64,000 bases of DNA from Styela clava (lineage: Eukaryota), in assembly GCF_964204865.1 (NCBI RefSeq), contig NC_135254.1, positions 11,160,001 through 11,224,000 on the forward strand, in the 5' to 3' direction. Positions 1-14,000 of this stretch are shown one piece after another. How positions within the stretch are numbered: the stretch's first letter is position 1; each line of letters opens with the position of its first letter. The notes under the pieces are model-generated. The model was given only the letters and a program-made list of their open reading frames with translations. It made no database searches and was not told the origin of the DNA. The position numbers were made by a program, and so were the translations under genes.

Positions 1-767
1 AGATAAGATATATAGGTCATTAATCTAAATAGTCGTTAATTGGGGTAAATAGTTTACTTGATTTTTTTATCCCACGTGAAATTCCCAGAAGGACATTGTC
101 ATTATAGTGAGTTACTTCTAATTTATGAAATTTTGATTTTTTGGAATAATAGGGTGACATCATTTTGTTTCGCCGACTTAATATTAATAAAATGTCTACA
201 ATCTACATTAATTATGTTTATATTACCCGGTGTCTCCAAAGCATCACTTGTATTTATTTCATTTATGGTAGGTCTTGCACTGTTTTTAAATCTTAATCGA
301 ATTTTTAATATTATGTATATTTATTCTCACCTGATACATCCTAGAATAGTAATCTTTACAATGTTTTCCATACTCTGACAAATAGAGTATATAGTCACGA
401 AAATATAGTTTTTACAGGTAACCCAATGAAATCGCTATTGCTAAACTTTTTAAGTATAGTCTACTACGCAGTCTTCAAACGCGCTACTGGAATGACTAAA
501 CTTTCCGATAAAGGTTTGCTCTTTTCACTGCGTCTGCGGAATTTTTATGCCAGTATTATTTCCAAAAATGTCTGCGATTTGGGAAGTGCTTCCTCTTGGT
601 TGTTTCCTTATGCGTGCGTTGATTTGAATTGCTTTTACGTCTCGTGCTCATCACTATCAGACGACATTTCATCGTTGTATCGTGGAAAATTTGCTTCAAC
701 CGAACATTCATGAACTTGACTTGTGTTTCCTTGTCGAAGACCCAATATTGGAAGCAATTTTAGGTAG

Positions 768-929
768 GCTACTCCCAAAGTATGTGAACCAGGATAGAGT
801 TAGGCTATAATTTTAGGTAATAAAACTAAAATAAAAATGGAATAAAATTATGGCCTAACCCTGACCTCGTTGGTAAACATACTACGTTCCGGTGCCCACC
901 ATCTTGGTTCACATACTTCGGTAGTACCC
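768..929. mobile_element. Hairpin MITE of the ...AAGTATGTG(A/C)ACCAAGATGG... family
   Basis: Imperfect terminal inverted repeats ggctactcccaaagtatgtgaacca / tggttcacatacttcggtagtaccc; related copies near 8505, 23946, 60954. Confidence 0.65.
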
Positions 930-1121
930 AATTTTACCATTGAATTTCACATTTGATACAGTGATAAAATAGGCATAGGTGCAGGTTTTTATGAAATGTT
1001 CAGGCAGCAATTTTGCTTGAAGTGTTCGTTGAAGTAATAATGGTATGAGCGTGCTGACATACATTGATAAATATGTAATGCGACGCAATCGCGTTTCTGT
1101 ATCTTTACCACAGATTTACAC

Positions 1122-1450
1122 CAGGGGTGACCAAACTGCTTTCGACCGGGATCGACTAAAATCTTTAAAATAGCTCGCAATCAACTGATCGTTAATCATG
1201 ATCGACTGATTCCTGCCTAATTTTTAGTCGTAAGTTTTGAAAAACTCTCCCCCAACTTTGCCTGGTATCTATGTAAATAATATATTTGTGTTAGTGTGCA
1301 GCAAGACTCTTGAATTCCTTCGAACTGTAGATGTATATCGTATTTTGCACATGTACAGTACTGTATCCATCCTTCCGCCTTGAAGCACACAACAGGCGCT
1401 GGTATGAAATTAACCAACATCAGACGAGATCGACGTGTTGGCCACCCCTG
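1122..1450. mobile_element. Non-autonomous hAT-type MITE
   Basis: Termini CAGGGGTGACCAA / TTGGCCACCCCTG; exact 8-bp TSD ATTTACAC at 1114-1121 and 1451-1458. Confidence 0.85.
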
Positions 1451-1696
1451 ATTTACACCAATAAGTGCTTTGCATATTGATATATACTAGACGCTATGCT
1501 ACTTCCGAAACGAGAAGCTGCTTATTGATCGTATGTTGCTTTGTCTGTTTTAGCATCCAGCTTCAATGTTAAGAAATAACGAAAGGATTCAAAGATATAT
1601 GTATTGACTTTCATTTCGATATTCGACACCGACGAATCGAGCATTCATTTATTAGATGAGATTGGTTTGTGTAAAATAGTTTACTATAAGAAAGTA

Positions 1697-3344
1697 TCAG
1701 AAAAATATAAAAAACACGATTGCAACAAATACAATCAACAGTGTTCCTAATCGAAAAATAACTTGTTTCTCTATTTTTCTCTGTAGTCCGCAGTCGTATT
1801 TCCACGTTTTATTCATATATTTACGAATTATTTCACTTCTGACATTTTCAATTGGGAAAGGTTTATGGGGAATTTCAACGTTAAGAAATTCACACAGTGG
1901 TTTCCAGCCATCTTTCACGTTGTAGACTAAAAGTTTTTGACTTGGGCATATCGATTTAACATACAAATTATGCTGACGATATCTTGACCTAATAGGAATA
2001 ATAATATAACAATATTAAAGTCAGGTATTTCAATTTAATTGGGGTTTTATAAACAACAGTATGAGCAAACTTAGTTTTGGGGTCTATTGTTGTTAAACAT
2101 ATAAGTGTAAAATTAGTATAGTATTTATAACCTGCTTGAAACCAATCAATTTATATCGGTATGTTGGAAATTATCTGTCGTAAATCATAAAACTTGACGA
2201 TAGTAATAACTAATAATCACCTTAAAAACGTTTCCCGAGGCTTGCCAAACATTCGAGGAACACCAAGATAAGGTGGAATGAAAGCATTCTCCAATTGATG
2301 GAACTCGCGACGTAGAGGACCGGCAAATAATAGATGAAAAAGGTACAACACCATTTCATTCGTTCTTAAACAAGAGAATAGAGTTCAGAAGGACACGAAA
2401 GCCAATGCAAAATATTTTACCTACAATCTCGTCAAAATCCTATCCTGAACAATGCTGGAACTATAAAACGGCTACCGTATCTGTGGACTTTTTCAGAACA
2501 ACAACAAGTTGAAGAAGAAAACCGACAACAATTCAACAAAGCTATCCAGAGGTCGATTTCGTGTCCAAAAAGTAATGTATACACAAATATTAGTCTGATA
2601 GCGAGTTCATCACGTTATTGCAGATTCACCATGGGTACGGAAGGAGTTTGATCGTGGATAGCATGTAGCGATAAACCAAGAGTAAAAGTAAATTGCACAT
2701 CACTCACGGAGCAAACTTGTTGGTAACTTCAAAATGGTTTTTCATGCTTTCATACCATTCGTCTTCGCTTGATCTCACAGTTAGGATAACCTGCAGAATT
2801 TTTAAATATTTTAGCTGTCGACGCTTATATGTCAAAGTCCGTTTCTAGGCCATTGATTTATTTACCTTTGCGTCTGGAAACGCTTCCATTATATTCTCCC
2901 AAACCGCTGCTGCAGGCCAATCCATCACTGCATCGACATTCCCTAGAATCCGTTGGTAATCTTGTATTGTAGCGGTATTGTCTAAAATCTATAATGTACG
3001 TTTTAATGTAGTTTTCCGAGTTCACGAATAAAAACTATAGAGTCCAATTCCCACCTATACTTATTGTAGTAGTTATAATGGAATAAGATTTTTTTATTAA
3101 TATTCAAATCTTCTCATTACTTTAGCTTTATTTTTAAACGTTTCATTTCCTTTTTATCCACGTCAACGCACATAAATCCCAAAACTTGATTGTTGATAAA
3201 AATGAAAATATATACCTTGTCCCATAATTCTTTGTCATAATGAAATTGTTCGAATACATCGTGAACATTGTAGCCAATAATTCTCAGTGCTTCGGCAATG
3301 GTTTTCGTACCGGTTTTACCTAAGCCAGCGCATATTATCTTCAT
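1697..3344 (-). CDS. P-loop sulfotransferase-family protein (Sulfotransfer_4-like) with C-terminal transmembrane anchor; 5 exons (approx. 3344-3216, 2988-2866, 2791-2709, 2364-2221, 1988-1697)
   Basis: Exons join in frame through GT-AG introns: MKIICAGLGKTGTKT (P-loop-like), DAVMDWPAA...FPDAKVILTVRS..EW, HNLYVKSICPSQKLLVYNVKDGWKPLCEFL..P..PFP..N, ending in hydrophobic LGTLLIVFVAIVFFIFF. Confidence 0.85.
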
Positions 3345-5199
3345 TATGCAATAAATATAAAAACTTTGAAAAGTATGAAGGAGATAACGTATATTCAATG
3401 CTAGACGAAAGATATAATTAATTTGCAAAATGAGCCTAGAAATTGATCCCTTTATTTTACAAAAACGTAGCATAATTATTCAATATTCTCAAAATGTTAA
3501 TTAATAAAACCATGGTGAACCATTTCATATCAAGGTGAGCAGTCTCGGTAAATTTCGTCGTATTTTCATGCTTGGTTCGAACATTTCCCTACCATTTCAA
3601 TTGAACAATACACAAGTCATTATTTTGCGCTCATGAACTTGTACGACTCGTAGCGACAACAGTGGACTCAAAGTGCATTATTGCAGTGACTTGAAAACGA
3701 AGGAACAAACTAGTTGGCAGACTTCCGTCATTATCGAAGGCGTAACGACTAACGAGCAAGCTCTGAGTCAGCACCCATTGGTTCAAAAAACATCACCTTT
3801 GCTGTTCTCCGCTACTAGACAACAATAAATTTAGTTCACCTGGCGAACTATCTTATGCAACAAAATTACGGGTATGTCTGGTTTAGTGATCTGTATAGTT
3901 AAATTACAAGTTAAGATTAACAGATTAACAATGACACATATAACCAATTGAACAACACCGTATTTAGCAGCGCTAACTATCGTAATATAAATTTGAATAT
4001 CTTTCTGTCATTGGAATAGACTATATTGCTAGCCGTTCTATCACAGATTTGTATATTTGCGTTGCCCAAGTATCTGTGGCATAATCCAACATATCTGTCG
4101 CTCCGTCAGCCCGATAGTTAACAGTGGATCAATAAATACTTTATCTCAATTTCATTCTACACTATATGCGAGTAATTCTTCTTGGCTTTGAGTAAGTGAT
4201 ACGAAGAAGTGCACTGGAGTGTAACAATTCATTCACTGCCCTGTCCTATTGTAAATAAAAGGACGTGCGTAGCGTGTGTAAAGGCAAATTATACATGAAC
4301 AGCCTAAACTACAAACCAGGCGGAAGAAAATTGTCAAGTGGAAGAAATAACCATTTAGCCTATATTTAACCGCGTATTAACTTTACCATATTAGACGCAT
4401 ATTCTCAACAAAATTGCCTAGAATATAAACGAAGTTAAGACAGGTTTAAACGAAATCTGACAACATAGTACAAAATTAGGATTTGCCCCGTATTACTTTA
4501 AGTAATGTAAAACATCATAGCCTGCGGTATACAATACCTTGTACATACATATGTGACTATCTATGCCTTCATTCGCCAACCTCCTAAGGCTAGCAAAATG
4601 TACGAACTGTGCACAAGCGACTGCGTGTGTTGGTGGCAATCAACTTGGTCGAGAAAAATTATATAACACCCGTGCGCTGCGAGTGCCAAAAAAATGTTTC
4701 GAGATTCAAAAAATATTCCCCTGAAGATGATGAACTATTTCGTTGTCTTGTCGAAAATTGGTGCCTAATTTTAGAAGCCGATATTTGCTGAATTCACATT
4801 CTTTACAGCTTTCTGTAGGATTACTTCAGTTTCCTCTACATTGTGAAAATTAATATGGAGAAGCAAAGAAATTGATATTATCTTCTAACGCCGCCAATTG
4901 CAGTCGAAAGTCTTTGTAATAGTAAAGACCCACCTTCATAATCACACATTTCGGAAAAATTAGGGTCAGTTTTGCAAAGAAAACGAGACGATGGCGACTC
5001 CAATATACGAATAAACACGCAATGGAGACTAAAATCGAGATGATAGCCTTGCACGTCTAGAACCAAAATCCTTCAACATGGTCAGGTACAGAGAAGCGAA
5101 CAATCGCTCCGGTTGCCTGGAATTGCATTGGAAACAATGTCCAGGAGCGCATCAGTCGCTTCAAATACTACCCAACATGACAACCATTCCAGTAAGGCC

Positions 5200-5360
5200 A
5201 TAATTTTATTCCGATTTTAGTTCTATTACGAGATCTGGGACTGTTTGTGTTAGCCTGGTGACTATACGTCCAAAGGCTTCCGTCCCTTTACACAACTCGA
5301 TGTAAAGTAGGCAAACAAAATTAGTTACCTCCATATTGGTAGACCCACTTCTGGAGCGCC
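5200..5360. repeat. Interspersed repeat (MITE-like); copies at about 39476-39650 and 62776-62976
   Basis: Shared core tttagttctattacga...gggactgt(c/t)tgtgttagcc...gtaaagtaggc(g/a)aacaaaattagttacctccatattg...cacttctgg. Confidence 0.75.
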
Positions 5361-6710
5361 TTGCATTTATATACCTTGTAAGAAACAAACGTTCAGGCAA
5401 GGCCAGAATGGCTAACGGCATGTAAACAAACGATGCATAAAAATAGCTAGACAATAAGTCTTTGGTAAATTTCCGCAGCAGCATAAACACGAATTTATGC
5501 ACAAAAGCAATTATAGCAAATGTGATGATGACTAGTCACCCATGCGCCAATACAACAATTCAAGGCTACAAACCTAGACTAGTCCGTCGATCCAGTCTAA
5601 AGACTACATGGAAACATTGAATTCTCTTTATTTTTCTAATAATAAAATGACATTGGTTAAAATCAACACAAGCAGCAGCAAAAATAAAAGTGTACAATTG
5701 GTTACTTGTCACTGGATAGCAGAAGAATTATATTTGGCACAAAGATATGTACCAAGACTGGATAGAACAAGTCTTCAAGTCACCTGACAAATTTAGTTTG
5801 GAACATTGATTATCCTTAACTTCATTAATACCACTACATTACAGAACTTCATGCAATAATGGTGTTGGTTCATCGCAGAATGAATATTATTAACTACACT
5901 TGCAGCATAATATATGATTCAACATTATAACCTGATCTAGAATTGGTAGACACCAGACACGGTGGGAAATTTTTTTTTTTTTTATGCAATTTTGCTTCCA
6001 TACTTTTCCCATCAAAGAGAAATTGCCTGGTTTCTGTTTTACTACCTGAAAACCTTATTTTCAGTCACAGACAAGGATTTTTACCTTTTTGTGCATGAAT
6101 ACGAATCAAAATAAAAGTACTTTTGTGCTCTAATAAGTACTTGTGAATTCTAACTTTTGTATTGGTTGTATACTAAATACCTTCAACTCTAAAGCCTTTG
6201 GTTTGTTTTTGCCATAAAAAGTGGAATACCATTAAACTGGTAAAATACACATTAGACTCGAATATGTGTAGTTTGAATGATGAACAGGGGGCCACAAGTT
6301 AAATAAAATAATACATGGTATCCTGTAAAACTGAAGATGGGCAAAAGTATATAGTAGAAAAGTATATAAGATAGATACAATTAGAAAAAAACAATGGTCT
6401 ATAAAACTGCTATAAGTGTGTACCCAATGCTTGCAGGTGCTGTGAGGAGGCAGTAATAAAAATGGCTTCTACTATTTAGAACCACACATTCAGTTGACAC
6501 AGTCCGGCAGTCGTTATTACATTCACAAAACTTGACAGATCTACTAGGAATACTTTAGTTATGGAGCATGGGCAATGTTCAAAAAAGATTGGCAAAAAAT
6601 TTCACTACTAAATTCATGTTCTAGATCTTTGGTTTTCAACAACTATTCCTCTAAACCCAAGGGTTCCACCAGTACCGTCCATGGTTTCTGCAAGTTTCTA
6701 TTCGAATCAC

Positions 6711-6847
6711 GGTGTCTCCAGAATGTTGTGTCCCACTTCTCCCATGTGTCCCACTAGTCGCTAATACCGCCGATTGTTTCGCCTTAGGCACATATTATGG
6801 TTGGTGGGGCACGTTGAACAAGTGGGACACGACATTTTAGAAACACC
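6711..6847. mobile_element. Small inverted-repeat MITE inside a decayed hAT-like MITE (about 6630-7080)
   Basis: ggtgtctccagaatgttgtgtcccactt pairs imperfectly with aagtgggacacgacattttagaaacacc; outer remnant ends ggttttcaaca / tgttgaaaacc. Confidence 0.55.
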
Positions 6848-8045
6848 CTTCAAATCAGAGTCTATTTTAATATGTGTATATTGTTTAACTATAATCATAT
6901 ACCTAATAAGTACGCCACTTGCAGATTTTTTCGTTTCGTCGGTATTAGGTTTGCTATTGTATATATTTATAGCTTAGGCAATTTATATAATAAAAAACAA
7001 TTAAACTATTGCGCAAGGGTACCTCGAGCCCCTGGAATGTTATTTGGTGGTTCTGCTTCACCAAAAATGTTGAAAACCACAATTTTAGGTACTAGATAAA
7101 ACAATTTAATAACTTAATACATTAACATGTGGATTTAGTGATTTCAACTTTTCATAATGAAAAAAAACTCCATTCACATCAATATATCATTAAAAAATCT
7201 GAATGAAACAAATTAAAAAATTTAACTGACGATTCGAACTTCCTTTACTTTAGTAACCATGATCACATAACAGAACTTTATTAAAAAATGACATACCCTA
7301 AATGATTTCTCTTGCCAAAAACAGTACAATGTTCACAATTTAGGTATAATACGCTCATCATTGAACATGGTTGATATATAAAGACAACAGATTTACTTTC
7401 CTCAAGGAAATTTTATTTCAATGCTTTCGGACTAATATCAAAAATAGAAAGTTCCATGACCAAATGTAGCCATTGTGCGCAGTCTTTTTCAAGTCAATAA
7501 TGCATTGAAATAATGTTTCATTATTTTAAATAGACACCGCACGACCTAAGACTATAAGTTTTCATTTATGTTCCCAATGAAATTTACTAATGGTCTGTAA
7601 TAATTGTGCACAACCGGTTTCCTTTGCAGTATATATTAGGACTAAAATGTAACTTTAATCTTACAGACTAAATAAAAATTCCAATGGCAGTGATCTAACT
7701 GTTAAAAAGTAAAACTAAAAGGAAGGAAAACTAAGGAAAGCTTTAAGACTGTACGCTGAGGCAGGGAATTGAGCGACACAGCTCAGCCCCTTTCGTTCCA
7801 GTTATTAAAAGTCTGGAAAATAGTTTCCAGAGAGACTGTACTATTTCAAATGACAATTATCTGTTAAATTGAGCATACCAGCCATAAAAGATACATGTAA
7901 TGAATAGATTTAGTTTGAACTTCAACTAATCTGAGCGTGAACTGGTTCGGTCGCAAAATTTACCATCACATGAGGAATTCATGTTAAATATGCACTCCTA
8001 GCATGATTCTCCTTGATTTGTGTTAACAATCATCATTCTTTCCAT

Positions 8046-11000
8046 TCAATACTTTTTCATCGACTCTAAATCTCTTGCAGTATAGCCTTCCCATTCAATA
8101 AGGTATTCAAACCGCTCTTTCCCATCATTGTCAAACCTTATGCGTTTCCCAAGCACCCTGAATCTCTCTCCACATTTGACTCTATCTTCTGCACCAAAGT
8201 ATTGAGCCATCGCATCTCTGAGCGATTTGACATCATCTGTGCTTCCAGAAGAACTGAATAACAACATAGATTTAGTGTAATTTACAACAATATGATGGTT
8301 AATTTTCGTTTACGAGAGAATATAAATATCTAATGCGAGATAATAATAATTATAAATTTTTCTGCTGCACAATATCATGACAAGAAGACACTGTTACAAA
8401 AATACATACAACTGCTATACTAGATATGCGCAAGCAGCGCAAAGCATAACACATTAGGTAAGATATTATCCATTTGCATCATAGCATAACAGGTCAAAAC
8501 ATCTACGTGAAAGATGAATTTTAGTGCACCTAGATGCCGCATAGCCATAGCCTGTACCCAAACCTGGTACACATACTATGTTCAGGATGTGCGCCATCTT
8601 GGTGCACATACTTCTGGAGTTCTCTAGTCTAGTGTTAGTGATCAGAAAAACCATACCAAGATGAAGCAGCATCATTCAAGAAAGATGAGTTAGATCCCCA
8701 TAATTTGGAAATAGAAGATCCACCTTCTGAGTTTTTACCAGAACTTGTTGAAACATCAGAATTCTGGAAAAACACAAATAAAATTCAGACAATCTTATTT
8801 GAGTACATAGTGCGGCCCCGGTATCTTCAAGGAATTTACCCAATCATGTTTGAATCGCAGATCTACAGACTAAAAATCTTTCCATATATTCCATATACAG
8901 ATCCAAAAAATTATTCTATTATTAATTGATAAGAACTTATGTTATAATGGGTTTCAATATTAAAAGGCATCGTACTTTATTAGAGAATACCCAATTGTAT
9001 GAATGCCAACCATTTTCGGCAAATACATGATTAAAACTAGGAATAAAAATTTGAATACAATAAAATGATTTAAAAATTTTTATATAATTGAATAAGATAT
9101 TTATTAAACGCATAGAACCTTGCGTTTTCTTCGCTTGGATGGAGGACCAGGCCATGAAGCTTTGGACGAGTTAAGTGAAGAATTTGACAAGCTTCTTTTA
9201 AGACCCTCTGATTTAGAACGCCGGCCTGGTCTACCTTTCTTGGGTGGTGGAGGCATACTACCATCACTAGAACAAAACAAAAAATCATATATGATTAGAA
9301 ACTCTGAAAAGATGTATACTGGATATAAGGGCAATGAAATAATTTGCAAGATAGCAGTAGCTCATTGTTTATTAAGGCTATGAAAAGTGATTCAAGAGTC
9401 TTATATATTTCTGTCGAATTATGATGTCTGACGAAGTATGAACTTGATCACACGAAAAGTTACAGTTTATGTGCAGAAAGACTTTTGAATCACTCAAAAT
9501 AGTTACTGTTGTTACAGCATCCTTGCATTATATGTATCAGATCCACCGATGGAAAGGCACAAAAGAAGGATAGATAGTTAGTCCCACAGCTATGCTGATA
9601 TAATTATAGATATAATAGTCAATATAGTGAATTCTATACATCTTTTCAAGAACTTGAACAAAAATGTCAGAAATGAACTACAGGTAGTTGTAAGTATGCC
9701 TCGAAAAATAAAAAAAATTTAAATGAAAACTGAATTTTCTTCAACGAATAAAATAAAATGAAGTTTCAATCGTTTATTCGATATTGTCCACATACAATGT
9801 GTATCTCTTAATACACTAGGTATCAGTTTCGGTTGAGTTTTGCTGATGAATCTAAAAAACCCTATACATACAATGAGTATGATTGCATTCAATACCTTTC
9901 AAATCTTTCAAACAAATTATCTCTGGCAGAATCTACTGGTGATGCTACGTTGAATAAACCACTTTTCACAAGATCTTTCACTGGACTTCTGACAGATGCC
10001 TGAAAAATATTTGCTTTTGAATAAAGAAATATCATCCAAAGCATAATAAAGCACTACCTGATACAACAATATGTGCACTCGCATGATCATTTTTTGACAA
10101 GAAAAAGGATTCAAAGAGTGCCTTATGTTTTTACTGGAGGTCAATGACAATGTGATGGATTGTGTATGCTTTCGGTAATGACTACAAAATTGTCACATCT
10201 GCATCTGTCATCAGTATTTGTCACATTATAACATTGGTCTCACTATTGAATTTATTAGTGTCATCTTACTTAGAAATTGCATAGCCATAGAAATTTCAAA
10301 CATGAAAAAAAAAGTAGATATTTTGACGCTGAATACACAAAAATTTCTGATAGCTTTGGCTACATGGGTACTTCCATAACTCATATCATAACCATCCTCC
10401 TACCTGTGCATTAGAACGAGGAGAAACCGGAACACCTGGTTGACAAGGTCCATTCTTTTTCAGCGGAGTCGGTGAGTCACTAATCACAAATAGTAAAGAT
10501 AGAAAATAACGTTATTATATTCTAAGTGAAATATAACCAAACGAACAAATTATTTCCATATTCATCATCAGTCAAAAACAAAAATTAATTCTACTGAGGA
10601 ACATTCATGATTTACATAAAGAAGAAAAAAAAGAATAAAGGCCAACTGTTTCCTTTATGACCTACTCATATGCGTTTTGCTCTGAATAAGGCCTGGGCAA
10701 GCAGCCACTACTGAATAAGAAGCTTGAAAGAACTTTATATTCAGCATTGCCCATTTAATTTATTTATCCTCAGTGAGCCATTGGATCTGAGATTTGCAAT
10801 ACCATCACACCTAAGTCTAATGCTTTAATATTAGGCCGCAATATCATCAGCAACATCATACATTTAAGTAAAAGACATATCAGAGTTACAAAAAAAATTA
10901 TGGTAGATGAATTTTCCATTTGGATCAAACATATAAAAATAAAAACAAGGTTGCAAAACTTACAACCAGCGCTCACAGAGCTTGAAACAATATTTTTACC

Positions 11001-14000
11001 TCAGTGCACCGGAACCATGTTTCAGGTCTAATGTTTCAAAAGTGTCATCATTAATTTCCAAACCGGCTGGTAAAGATATTGAAGGAGGAAGAGGTGGAGA
11101 ACGATTCCTGAGACCCCAAAGTACTTTGGTTTTCTTGCATTCGGTACTGCTCTGAAATCTGTGTAACAGAAATCAGTGGTGAAAAACTACTATTACAACC
11201 TTGATTCTAATAGCAAGATGACCAACGAAGTCTTAATCTTTAGAAGGGATGAACAAATCGGATATGAAATATCGAATTTATTCTAAATTCGGAGCAAATT
11301 TATGTTAAAGTTACATAGCGACAATCACATCTAAAACAGCATAAATATAATTGTTTTCTCTGTGTTGTTTGTTACCAGTTGAGATATCTTTTGTTAGTTC
11401 TGACAGCTCAAAATCTCGAATTTTTGTTATAAGAACGTTCCAAATTATTCTTAAATTCAAAAATTTACTATGGAATAACGAATATAATGAATGTCGACTG
11501 AATTCGAATATTCGATTCATTTTGGACATTCCTGATCACGACATATCGAAGATTTTATTATTTTTTTTAAAAAAATACCTTGTTTTATAATGTTGAAGAG
11601 TGTCGTTAACTTTTTGTCTTAAATGAGATCTGGTAGCTACATCTTTTGCCATCTGTAAATACAACATACCTTTTTATTTATGACAAGAACATGTTGAATT
11701 AATTTAACAAAATACATAACACTCAGTGAAATATTCTAGACTAGCTCTCATTTCCTACAGTTTGTTGTTCTAGAGACGTATTCTGGTAAATTTTATTTAC
11801 TAACATTTTTACTGAAATATCATGTAAAATAGTGAACAAAAATGCTCTACTGACCTAAATAGTTTTTAAGTTGAAATTAAAAAGTTGAGTAAAATTTAGC
11901 ATTTATTAAACTCAAATTAAGATAGACAAACAAGTTCAAGAATACTGAATTATTTGAATAGTCCAAGATAGTTAATTACTATATTTTGTATACAAAAAAA
12001 AATCACATACACTGCCCAATCTCAGTGATTCCATATGTTTATTGAAGAATGTAATCATACTGTCGACATCGTAATATTTAACCTTCTTAGCGATTGTTAT
12101 GTTGTACAGAACCAAATGAATAACATCAACCCTGCGAAAAAAAAAACATTAAATAACTCATTAAATTCAATAAATAACAATATAATACAGAAAAATGATT
12201 CAACCTATCCAACTTAACAACGAACTACAACCTTTAAAATCTCTTCTGAAAAATAAATTAGCTATTAGGCCATTAAATAGCCTAACTAATGAGGCCAAAT
12301 AGTCTTTATTTGAATATTCTTACCATTTCATAGGTAGACGCTTTATATACTCATTGCCATTGTTGCATACTGCACACACGAACAAGTAATATCTATCACC
12401 ATATAAGATTGGAGACTCAAGACATTGAAGACAAGCTGTTCAACAAGACAGGAAGGAAACAAATAACAGATAATACAAATTAATTCTATTAAGAGTCATG
12501 TTTCAAATTTAGGATATCGTCATGTGAACCAATTTCATTATTTCTTATTTAGATTTAATAAACTTATTCAAATATTACAGTATAAAAAATCAAGCTTGCC
12601 ATAAAAAATTACCACAAGTAAAGTGGGTTACTTACTAGTACAGACATAAGAAAATTGCACCTATCTTAGAATTAGAAATAATGTCATTTAATATATCATT
12701 TTTATCTTACAATTGATTCTTGATCTCCACATTAAAAAAAAGATAGATGACATCAAAATTTCGTTTATTTCAAGGTACAAGAACAGATACTCTGTTCAAA
12801 ATGTTGAAAAATATTGCCATAAGATTCAAACTTATATTTCGAACAGAATTACAACAAAAACAATATAAATTTCAGAAAAGGATTGTTTTCTACTTTTATA
12901 TTCAATTCACTATTTGACATAAGCAACGTAAAATAATACCTTCATGAAACCATTGATCACACCTTGCACACTGAAGCATTTTTAAATACCAATCTCCTGG
13001 GCCACCACAGTAACAATATTTCTGAAAAAAAATAAACCAAACATTTTAACTATAAAATATTGAATATATTCTGAATATAGTGAAGCCTAAATCTATTTGC
13101 CTAAATCATATTCATATATTTATAGATATTAACCGTTATAACTCTTAAAACCGAAAGTTTACATAGTTTTGATCGGTATCCCCCCAGCCATCAGCTAGAT
13201 AGAGACCTGTTTGTTATGGCCAGAAATGTGATTCCAAACTATTTTTAAAGTTGAGAATGTGGCTTAATATAACTGCTGTACTTCCAAATATATTTATTCA
13301 AATATATTCATTCATTTATTCACCCTGGGCTAATAAAACAAAAATTCATTGTACATTTCTATTACCTTTTTCAATAGTAAAGGTATGTCACTTGAGCGGG
13401 CAATTATATAAAATGAGAATATAAAATAAAGAATCAGGAGTCACCTCTTCTTCATTAATTTTATGATTCTTATTCCAAGTGAGGGAGTTTATGTCATATG
13501 GAAAAACACACTTCATCTGCTTCATCATTTCTGAAACAATAAAAAAATGCTTTGAAAAATGTCTGTCATGAAGGATATGCATACAATCAGCACAAAAGAA
13601 GTACAGTCAGGAATTTGAATTTTTCAAAAATGATTGTTTCTCACATATCTGTGGCTATTTGTAAAGAATACAATACAATGTAAGAGTATATTATATTTGA
13701 TAATATATAAAAATAGCAATTGCTAAACAAATTATAGGCCTATAGGCAATGAATTTTTAAAACAGTATTGAAAATGAATGGCAAAAGAAATCATACCTCC
13801 AGCTCCATGCTTTATAGCTCCCCCATTTCTTACGCAAGCTGAAAATACACAATTTCTACATTGCCATGGCACTTCTTCATCTTTTAATACAGTAGAATCA
13901 ATATGAGGCAAATGGCATTCCTGATGATAACCTGAAATTTTTTAATATAATCGTACTGTAATATAGTGAGTAGTGACAATACAATTCATAGCGATGCAAC

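Noticed and set aside
3500-5200. Possible gene or exon upstream of the sulfotransferase-like gene
   Set aside because: No long ORF, recognisable motif or consistent splice chain.
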